From Antechinus flavipes (Eukaryota), in contig NC_067403.1 of assembly GCF_016432865.1 (NCBI RefSeq), positions 257,052,001 to 257,116,000 on the forward strand: a stretch of 64,000 nt of DNA. The letters are read 5' to 3'. The notes beneath the pieces are model-generated. The model had not been told where the DNA came from. It saw nothing but the letters and a program-made list of their open reading frames with translations, and did no database searches. This document shows positions 38,636 through 49,000 of the stretch, one piece after another. The translations under genes and the position numbers were made by a program. How positions within the stretch are numbered: the first letter of the stretch is position 1; the number at the start of each line of letters is the position of its first letter.

Positions 38636-39269
38636 AGCTCGAGCTGCCTCATTTCCCCCCTCCAGGCATTTTCCCTGACGGTGCCGCTCCCCTGATGTTC
38701 TTTTCCCCCTTATTTCTATCTCTGGGGCTTTTGACCTTCCTTTAAGTCCCAACTAAACCCCAGTTTCTACATCCCCCCAAGGCTGCCTTCCCTCTGTGAC
38801 TGTCCTCATTTTATCCTATATGTTTCTCCTTTGTAAGCAGTTGTTTGCATGTTGCTTCCACATTTAAAAAAAAAAAAAGCTACTTGAGGATAGACTCTGT
38901 CTTTTGCCTTTCTTTGTATCCTCGGCAGTTTGCACTGGCATACAGTAGGTGATTAATAAATGCTTATCGACCCACAGACTTAAAACATTATGGCTAAATT
39001 CTCCCTGTCCCTGACGCTGCTATACTGGGCCGCCCCTGCTCCTCATTCACGCCCCTGACAAAACGTGGTCTTGGGGGCTCCACCCCAGACCCCCCTTGGA
39101 TGTGTCCCCCACAGACTCTGTTTCCCCTTCTCCCCTGCCAGCTTCCAGAGGAACTCGAGCGCAGCCACACTGCTCTGCCCCCCCCCCCCGTCCTAGTTGG
39201 CTTCTTCTAACTCCCACATTTCTATTCTGGGGTCTCTGGGGCACCTTCCAGCTGGTGTCCTAGGATCCT

Positions 39270-39860
39270 TTAGTGCTAGGAGAGGAGGGAGGAAAGGGGA
39301 GAGAAAAGAAAGGAAGGAAGAACGGAGGGAGGCGGGGAGGGGAAGGGAAGAAGTAAATGGAAAGGAAGGAAGGAAAGAAGGAGGAAGGAAAAAAGGGAGA
39401 GAGGAAGGGGAGAANNNNNNNNNNNNNNNNNNNNNNNNNNNNNNNNNNNNNNNNNNNNNNNNNNNNNNNNNNNNNNNNNNNNNNNNNNNNNNNNNNNNNN
39501 NNNNNNNNNNNNNNNNNNNNNNNNNNNNNNNNNNNNNNNNNNNNNNNNNNNNNNNNNNNNNNNNNNNNNNNNNNGAGAGAGGGAAAAGGAAGGAAATTAA
39601 GGAAAGANNNNNNNNNNNNNNNNNNNNNNNNNNNNNNNNNNNNNNNNNNNNNNNNNNNNNNNNNNNNNNNNNNNNNNNNNNNNNNNNNNNNNNNNNNNNN
39701 NNNNNNNNNNNNNNNNNNNNNNNNNNNNNNNNNNNNNNNNNNNNNNGAGAGAGAGGGAAAAGGAAGGAAATAGATGGAAATTAAGGAAAGGGAAGGAAGA
39801 AACACAAGGAGGAAAGGAAGGGAAGAAGGAGGAAGAAAGGAGGGAGAGGAAAGAAAGGGC
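39270..39860. repeat. Polypurine tract with two N gaps or masks (39415-39574, 39608-39746)
   Basis: Direct reading. Confidence 0.9.
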
Positions 39861-40427
39861 AGAAACCAGCATTTATTGTGTACTCTGGGCCAGTCACTGT
39901 GCTAACACAATATTAGCTCCTTTATCTGCTCAACAACCTTGGGAAGCAGATGCTGTGATTGTTCCCATTTTGCAGCGGAGGACACTGAGGCAGACAGCAG
40001 TTAAGTCATTTGCCTGGGATCACACAGCTAATAAGGGGCTGAATTTGAACTTAGGGCAAGCCGTCTATACAGGACACCTCTGGCGGAACGACTAGGACTG
40101 CCCTTGGGATCAAGAGGGCTGGGTTGGGATCTCAGCTCTGGTCCTTCCTGGTTGTGGGACGTGGACAAGTCGGAAGTTCTCTGAGCCTCAGTGTTCTCAT
40201 CTGTGAAATGGGGAGAGGGCAGCTGGGGGCGAGGGGGAGGGGCGGTGGTGGTCAGGGCTCCCTTTGACCTGGAGCTCGCTGTGGTTTGCACTTTGGAGCT
40301 TCAGCCGCTCCAACCTTTGGTCCCTCGTCACCTGGCGGCTGGGTGTGGACTCCCCCGGCCGAGCAGCGGCAGCTCCGGGTACTTAGGAGAGAGCCGGGCC
40401 CCGGGCTGGTCATTCCCCGCCGCGGCC

Positions 40428-40742
40428 ATGGTGACCACTCGGAGCCAGTCCCTCAGGCTCCCCCGGGCCTCCTATAACAAACTCCAGGACGCGTGGGGGG
40501 ATCGCTCAGAACGCAAGGGGCTGAGCCCCCTCGTCCCCCAGGGCCGCCAGCAGGGCCCCCGCTTCCAGAGGTCCCTCAGCCTCCGGCCCCGGAGAGAAAA
40601 GCGGCCGCCGGAAGCCAGCGGGGGCCTCCCCGAGGGCGGGGACTCCCCTCCTCCCGACGGCGCTGCCGGGAACCCCGGGGACACGGAGCAGCTGATCCAA
40701 GGCAAGGCTCGGGGGAGGCAGCGAATGCACCAGTATAAGAAG
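40428..40742 (+). CDS. Coding exon 1 (105 codons) of a predicted two-exon gene, C1orf115/RDD1 (DUF4710)-like
   Basis: Strong Kozak GCCGCGGCCATGG, open frame MVTTRSQSLRLPRASYNKLQD...RGRQRMHQYKK, perfect phase-0 donor AAG|GTAAGT, inside a CpG island. Confidence 0.7.
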
Positions 40743-41516
40743 GTAAGTGATGGGGGCTGGGAGGAGGGAGGCTGGGAAGGGCCCCGGCCGCCCTCCTGAG
40801 CCAGGCCCTAAGACAGAGACCCAGAGCTGGGCCGTGTCTGGTCCCGAGCCAGATCTGGCCACGGCCCCATGAGTCTGGAGGGGAAAGTGAGGCGGGCGAC
40901 CTTGCCCAGCCCTCCCTCATTTAACTCCACTTCACTTGCCTGATCTCTGACATCAGGGCCCTCCCAGAATGAAGGATAAACAAAGTTTCCGTCCGTAAAA
41001 TGGGAACGATAAGGCTTCGAGGGTCTCCTTCCCTGGGCTGCCCCCCAGAATCCCTCAGCGCTCTGGACGAAGCTTCCCATAAGCCGAGCAAGCGTCCTCC
41101 CATTTCACAGCTGAATACACTGAGGCTAGGCGACGGGGCAGACCCCAGAGAATTCCGTCTGTGAATGGGATCCCTGTGGCTGTCGTTCTGGTTTGGGGGG
41201 AGCGCTGCCTGATTCCTCATCGGGGGCCCTCACGGCTTCATTCCCAGCGCTTGCGGGGGCTTTCCCTGAGGACCTCCTTCCCCGGAGCATCCTGGGACTC
41301 TGGAGGGGGCGTCCTGGAGACCCAGAGTGGCCGGGCGGCCAGCAGCACAGCCGGCGTCCCCAGGGCCCGGGGCTGGAAGGGGGAAGGGGCGACGGAGCTA
41401 GCTGACATCCCCGGCCGAGCTGGGACGGGAGGCGGGGCAAGGGCTGCTAGGGCTCAGCCGTCCCCCCGGGACACAATTCCTCCCCACTGACCGTCTTCTG
41501 CCTCTCTGGCCCCCAG

Positions 41517-41627
41517 CAGGTGGATCATGCCCTGAGAAGAACGTGGGGGAGCTTCGTGGCCAACCTCCCGGGGGTGACCCTCAGCCGCTCGGCCCCGCCC
41601 GGCCCCGCCCAGGACTCTGCCAGCTGA
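41517..41627 (+). CDS. Coding exon 2 of the same gene: (Q)VDHALRRTWGSFVANLPGVTLSRSAPPGPAQDSAS*
   Basis: Branch point CACTGAC (~41485-41491), pyrimidine tract, tandem CAG CAG acceptor. Both acceptors are in frame with exon 1. TGA at 41625-41627. Confidence 0.7.
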   Translation, partial: QVDHALRRTWGSFVANLPGVTLSRSAPPGPAQDSAS

Positions 41628-42650
41628 AGGGGGGCGGCGGTGGGCAGGACCCCCTGTCCCAGCTTCCTCCGGGCCCGGGATGACCAGAACTTCCAGGGAG
41701 TCCCCAGGCTCCTCCGGGCGGACGCCGGCGCCGCTCTGCTCCTTTATTTATAATTTACAGCCTCGTCCCTTCCTCGGCCAAGCGGCGTCTCCTCGGGTGC
41801 CTTGCCCGGCCCCGCGGCCCGGGCGCCCCCTCCGTCCTCGCGGCCCGGGCACCCCCTTGGTGCTCCTGGCCGGCCGCTGACTTCCTTCTGGAGGCCGAAG
41901 CCATTGATCTTTCTGGGGCTCTGCCCCAGAAGGGGAGGCCGGCCCTTAGCCTCAGCAGCCTCCCTGGGGTGAAGGGAGATATTCAGGGGCCTGGAGAGCG
42001 AGGGCTGCTGACGCCGGACTCCTGCTGAAGCCCTCTCTGACCCCTGACCCCCTGCCGGGACCTCGCTGCCCCCCGAGAACAGACCCCCCCCTTCTCCCTC
42101 GGGTGGGCTCCTGGGCCCGGGATGCTCTTCCTCCTCATCTCGGCTTCCTGTAGCGGGGCTGACATCCCGCCTCCCCAGGAAGCCTCTCCCGGCCCCCTCA
42201 GCCCCAGGCCCTTCCCCGGAGCGACTGCCTCCGATTGACCGATGCCGGGCTCCTTCGCAGGGGACTGTGGACAGGGGGTCTCCCTATTCGATTGTAGCCT
42301 CTCGGAAGAGCTTTTGCTTGGCCAGTGCCCGGCACACAGCAGGCACTTAATAAATGCTCACGGAGCCACGGATTGGCCGAAAACCTGCCCTCCAATACCT
42401 CCCTCTTCTTCCCGGCCTGAGCAAGGATGCTGCCCTAGGGAAGGGCCCACCCTGGGCCTTTGGCCGCGGTCCCTTCCCTTCCAAGGGGCCTGGGCGGGGG
42501 CTGGCTGCACCAGGAGGGGCCAGAGAGGCAGAGGGGGCCCGGCTGTGCCGGGGAGTGCCCGCTGCTCTGTGACCTGCCCCTCCCCGCCCGACCGGCCGCA
42601 CACTGACAGGGCCGGGGCCGGGACCGGACACAAGTCACCATCTGCTGATG

Positions 42651-42656
42651 AATAAA
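42651..42656 (+). terminator. Candidate poly(A) signal of the two-exon gene
   Basis: AATAAA followed about 20 nt later by GU-rich GTGTCTCGTT. AU-rich TTTTATTTATAATTTA in the putative 3' UTR near 41745. A second AATAAA near 42349 lies in an L2/MIR-type tail. Confidence 0.5.
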
Positions 42657-42835
42657 GGCCCGATGCTGCTCCGAGGTGTCTCGTTCAGAGGCCGCCGCCC
42701 GCCCCCTTCTTCCTCTGGCCCATCTCCCCTCCCTTTTCCCCCGGAGAGGACATGGCGACTGAAATGGGGAGAGGGAGACTGAGGGAGGGGGGAACGGGAT
42801 GGAAGGCGGGGATGGGGAGACGTTCAGCATTTCTT

Positions 42836-42850
42836 CCACCAGAGGGTGCC
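42836..42850 (+). promoter_or_regulatory. CTCF-like motif, forward orientation
   Basis: CCACCAGAGGGTGCC, one mismatch from CCACCAGAGGGCGCC. Confidence 0.5.
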
Positions 42851-43096
42851 CACTGGCCAGCAGCAGAGCCATCCTTCCAAAGGGGCGGGTCCCTGAGATT
42901 GGAGAGGAAGGAGAGGGGGCCGCAGCCAAGCTGGCTCCCCGAGCCCTTTCCCCGGGACCCTCTCGTGCCTCCGAATCCCGAAACATCAGCAATGAAACCC
43001 TTTCACTTCCCAAAGTGAAGCATGATGGTAGCAGGAGCCCCGGACTGGCCGGCAGCATTCTGAGGTGCCCTCTGGCCCGCCCAGCCTGCATGGCCT

Positions 43097-46000
43097 GTGA
43101 CCTGGACAAATAATCATTTCGGGCTGGGGGGGACTTTGCTATTGACCTTGACAAATACTTGTTTTGGACTGGGGGGATTTTGTTAGTGACCTTGAAAAAC
43201 AACTGTTTGGGGCTGGGGGGGAACGACTTTGTTAGTGACCTTGACAAATAAACATTTTGGACTGGGGGGGACTTTGTTATTGACCTTGACAAACAACTGT
43301 TTTGGGCTGGGAGGACTTTATTAGTGACCTTGACAAATACTTATTTTGAACTGGGGGGACATTGTTAGTGACCTTGACAAATAACATTTTGGACTGGGGG
43401 GACTTTGTTATCGACCTTGACAAACAACTGTTTTGGGCTGGGGGTGACTTTGCTAGTGACCTTGATAAATAACTGTTTTGGATTGGAGATGATTTTGCTA
43501 TTGACCTTGAAAAACAACTGTTTGGGGCTAGGGGGACTTTATTAGTGACCTTGAAAAATACTTATTTTGAAGTGGGGGGACATTGTTAGTGATCTTCACA
43601 AATAAACATTTTGGGCTGGGAGGGACTTTGTTAGTGACCTTGACAAATAACTGTTTGGGGCTGGGAGGGGATGACTTTGTTAGTGACCTTGACAAATAAC
43701 ATTTTGGACTGGGGGGGACTTTGTTATTGACCTTGACAAACAACTGTTTTGGGCTGGGGGTGACTTTGCTAGTGACCTTGATAAATAACTGTTTTGGATT
43801 GGAGATGATTTTGCTATTGACCTTGAAAAACAACTGTTTGGGGCTAGGGGGACTTTATTAGTGACCTTGACAAATACTTATTTTGAACTGGGGGGACATT
43901 GTTAGTGACCTTGACAAATAAACATTTTGGGCTGGGAGGGACTTTGTTAGTGACCTTGAAAAACAACTGTTTGGGGCTGGGAGGGGATGACTTTGTTAGT
44001 GACCTTGACAAATAACATTTTGGACTGGGGGGAGTTTGTTATTGACCTTGACAAACAACTGTTTTGGGCTGGGGGGTGACTTTGCTAGTGACCTTGATAA
44101 ATAACTGTTTTGGATTGGAGATGATTTTGCTATTGACCTTGAAAAACAACTGGGGCTAGGGGGACTTTATTAGTGACCTTGACAAATACTTATTTTGAAC
44201 TGGGGGGACATTGTTAGTGACCTTGACAAATAAACATTTTGGGCTGGGAGGGACTTTGTTAGTGACCTTGACAAATAACTATTTTGGGCTGGGGGGAGGG
44301 GACTTTGTTAGTGACCTTGACAAACAACTGTTTTGGGCTGGGGGGAACTTTGTTAGTGACCTTGAAAAACAACTGTTTGGGGCTGGGAGGGGATGACTTT
44401 GTTAGTGACCTTGACAAATAACATTTTGGACTGGGGGGGACTTTGTTATTGACCTTGACAAACAACTGTTTTGGGCTGGGGGTGACTTTGCTAGTGACCT
44501 TGATAAACAACTGTTTTGGATTGGAGATGATTTTGCTATTGACCTTGAAAAACAACTGTTTGGGGCTAGGGGGACTTTATTAGTGACCTTGACAAATACT
44601 TATTTTGAAGTGGGGGGACATTGTTAGTGACCTTGACAAATAAACATTTTGGGCTGGGAGGGACTTTGTTAGTGACCTTGACAAATAACTATTTTGGGCT
44701 GGGGGGAGGGGACTTTGTTAGTGACCTTGACAAACAACTGTTTTGGGCTGGGGGGAACTTTGTTAGTGACCTTGAAAAACAACTGTTTGGGGCTGGGAGG
44801 GGATGACTTTGTTAGTGACCTTGACAAATAACATTTTGGACTGGGGGGACTTTGTTAGTGACCTTGACAAACAACTGTTTTGGGCTGGGGGGACTTTATT
44901 AGTGACCTTGACAAACAACTGTTTTGGGCTGGGGGGAGGGGACTTTGTTAGTGACCTTGACAAACAACTGTTTTGGGCTGGGGGGAGGGGACTTTGTTAG
45001 TGACCTTGACAAACAACTGTTTTGGGCTGGGAGGGACTTTGTTAGTGACCTTGACAAATAACTATTTTGGGCTGGGGGGAGGGACTTTGTTAGTGACCTT
45101 GACAAACAACTGTTTTGGGCTGGGGGGAACTTTGTTAGTGACCTTGAAAAACAACTGTTTGGGGCTGGGAGGGGATGACTTTGTTAGTGACCTTGACAAA
45201 TAACATTTTGGACTGGGGGGACTTTGTTAGTGACCTTGACAAACAACTGTTTTGGGCTGGGGGGAGGGACTTTGTTAGTGACCTTGACAAACAACTGTTT
45301 TGGGCTGGGGGGAGGGGACTTTGTTAGTGACCCTGACAAACAACTGTTTTGGGCTGGGGGGAGGGGACTTTGTTAGTGACCTTGACAAACAACTGTTTTG
45401 GGCTGGGGGGAGGGACTTTGTTAGTGACCTTGACAAACAACTGTTTTGGGCTGGGAGGGACTTTGTTAGTGACCTTGACAAATAACTATTTTGGGCTGGG
45501 GGGAGGGGACTTTGTTAGTGACCTTGACAAACAACTGTTTTGGGTTGGGGAAACTTTGTTAGTGACCTTGAAAAACAACTGTTTGGGGCTGGGAGGGGAT
45601 GACTTTGTTAGTGACCTTGACAATAACATTTTGGACTGGGGGGACTTTGTTATTGACCTTGACAAACAACTGTTTTGGGCTGGGGGGGTGACTTTGCTAG
45701 TGACCTTGATAAATAACTGTTTTGGATTGGAGATGATTTTGCTATTGACCTTGAAAAACAACTGTTTGGGGCTAGGGGGACTTTATTAGTGACCTTGACA
45801 AATACTTATTTTGAAGTGGGGGGACATTGTTAGTGATCTTGACAAATAAACATTTTGGGCTGGGAGGGACTTTGTTAGTGACCTTGACAAATAACTGTTT
45901 GGGGCTGGGAGGGGATGACTTTGTTAGTGACCTTGACAAATAACATTTTGGACTGGGGGGACTTTGTTATTGACCTTGACAAACAACTGTTTTGGGCTGG

Positions 46001-49000
46001 GGGATGACTTTGCTAGTGACCTTGATAAATAACTGTTTTGGATTGGAGATGATTTTGCTATTGACCTTGAAAAACAACTGTTTGGGGCTAGGGGGACTTT
46101 ATTAGTGACCTTGACAAATACTTATTTTGAAGTGGGGGGACATTATTAGTGATCTTGACAAATAAACATTTTGGGCTGGGAGGGACTTTGTTAGTGACCT
46201 TGACAAATAACTGTTTGGGGCTGGGAGGGGATGACTTTGTTAGTGACCTTGACAAATAACATTTTGGACTGGGGGGACTTTGTTATTGACCTTGACAAAC
46301 AACTGTTTTGGGCTGGGGGATGACTTTGCTAGTGACCTTGATAAATAACTGTTTTGGATTGGAGATGATTTTGCTATTGACCTTGAAAAACAACTGTTTG
46401 GGGCTAGGGGGACTTTATTAGTGACCTTGACAAATACTTATTTTGAAGTGGGGGGACATTGTTAGTGACCTTGACAAATAAACATTTTGGGCTGGGAGGG
46501 ACTTTGTTAGTGACCTTGAAAAACAACTGTTTGGGGCTGGGAGAGGATGACTTTGTTAGTGACCTTGACAAATAACATTTTGGACTGGGGGGGACTTTGT
46601 TAGTGACCTTGAAAAACAACTGTTTGGGGCTGGGAGGGGATGACTTTGTTAGTGACCTTGACAAATAACATTTTGGACTGGGGGGACTTTGTTAGTGACC
46701 TTGACAAACAACTGTTTTGGGCTGGGGGGAGGGGACTTTGTTAGTGACCTTGACAAACAACTGTTTTGGGCTAGGGGGACTTTATTAGTGACCTTGACAA
46801 ATAGTTATTTTGGACAGGGGGGACTTTGTTAGTGACCTTGAAAAACAACCGTTTTGGGCTGGGGGTTGGGGAGACTTTGTTATTGACCTTGACAAATAAA
46901 CATTTTGGGCTGGTGGAGACTTTGTTATTGACCTTGACAAATAAACATTTTGGGCTGGGGGGATGACTTTGTTAGTGACCTTGAAAAATAACTGTTTGGG
47001 GCTAGAGGACTTTATTAGTGACCTTGACAAATACTTATTTTGGACTGGGGGGACTTTGTTAGTGACCTTGACAAATAAACATTTTGGGCTGGGGGGATGA
47101 CTTTGTTAGTGACCTTGACAAACATTTTGGACTGGGGGGACTTTGTTAGTGACCTTGACAAATACTTATTTTGGACTGGGGGACTTTGTTAGTGACCTTG
47201 AAAAACAACCGTTTTGGGCTGGGGGTTGGGGAGACTTTGTTATTGACCTTGACAAATAAACATTTTGGGCTGGTGGAGACTTTGTTATTGACCTTGACAA
47301 ATAAACATTTTGGGCTGGGGGGATGACTTTGTTAGTGACCTTGACAAACATTTTGGACCGGGGGGACTTTGTTAGTGACCTTGACAAATACTTATTTTGG
47401 ACTGGGAGGACTTTGTTAGTGACCTTGACAAATAAACATTTTGGACTGGGGGGAGGGGATTTTGTTAGTGACCTTGACAAACAACGGTTTTGGATTGAAG
47501 ATGACTTTGCCATTGACCTTGACAAACAACTGTTTCGGGCTGGGGGAACTTTGTTAGTGACTTTGACAAATACTTATTTTGGACTGGGGGGACTTTGTTA
47601 GTGACCTTGACAAATAAACATTTTGGGCTGGGGGGATGACTTTGTTAGTGACCTTGACAAACAACTGTTTTGGGCTGGGGGTGACTTTGCTATTGACCTT
47701 GACAAACAACTGTTTTGGGCTGGGGGGGACTTTGTTAGTGACCTTGACAAACAACTGTTTGGGGCTGGGAGAGGATGACTTTGTTAGTGACCTTGACAAA
47801 TAAACATTTTGGACTGGGGGGACTTTGTTAGTGACCTTGACAAATACTTATTTTGGACTAGGAGGACTTTGTTAGTGACCTTGACAAATAAACATTTTGG
47901 ACTGGGGGGACTTTGTTAGTGACCTTGACAAATACTTATTTTGGACTAGGAGGACTTTGTTAGTGACCTTGACAAATAAACATTTTGGACTGGGGGGATG
48001 ACTTTGTTAGTGACCTTGACAAACATTTTGGACGGGGGGACTTTGTTATTGACCTTGACAAATACTTATTTTGGACTGGGAGGACTTTGTTAGTGACCTT
48101 GACAAATACTTATTTTGAACTAGGAGGACTTTGTTAGTGACCTTGACAAATACTTATTTTGGACTGGGGTGGGGACTTTGTTAGTGACCTTGACAAATAA
48201 CATTTTGGACTGGGGGGGGGACTTTGTTAGTGACCTTGACAAATAAACATTTTGGGTTGGGGGGGACTTTGTTAGTGACCTTGACAAATACTTATTTTGG
48301 ACTAGGAGGTCTTTGTTAGTAACCTTGACAAATAAACATTTTGGACTGGGGGGATGACTTTGTTAGTGACCTTGACAAACATTTTGGACCGGGGGGACTT
48401 TGTTATTGACCTTGACAAATACTTATTTTGGACTGGGAGGACTTTGTTAGTGACCTTGACAAATACTTATTTTGAACTAGGAGGACTTTGTTAGTGACCT
48501 TGACAAATACTTATTTTGGACTGGGGTGGGGACTTTGTTAGTGACCTTGACAAATAACATTTTGGACTGGGGGGGGACTTTGTTAGTGACCTTGACAAAT
48601 AAACATTTTGGGTTGGGGGGGACTTTGTTAGTGACCTTGACAAATACTTATTTTGGACTAGGAGGTCTTTGTTAGTGACCTTGACAAATAAACATTTTGG
48701 GCTGGGGGGATGACTTTGTTAGTGACCTTGAAAAATAACTGTTTGGGGCTAGAGGACTTTATTAGTGACCTTGACAAATACTTATTTTGGACTGGGGGGA
48801 CTTGTTAGTGACCTTGACAAATAAACATTTTGGGCTGGGGGGATGACTTTGTTAGTGACCTTGACAAACATTTTGGACTGGGGGGACTTTGTTAGTGACC
48901 TTGACAAATACTTATTTTGGACTGGGGGATTTTGTTAGTGACCTTGAAAAACAACCGTTTTGGGCTGGGGGTTGGGGAGACTTTGTTATTGACCTTGACA

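Noticed and set aside
43200-43230. Iron-responsive element in the monomer hairpin
   Set aside because: The loop region reads UAGUGA rather than CAGUGN, and there is no bulged C five base pairs below the loop.
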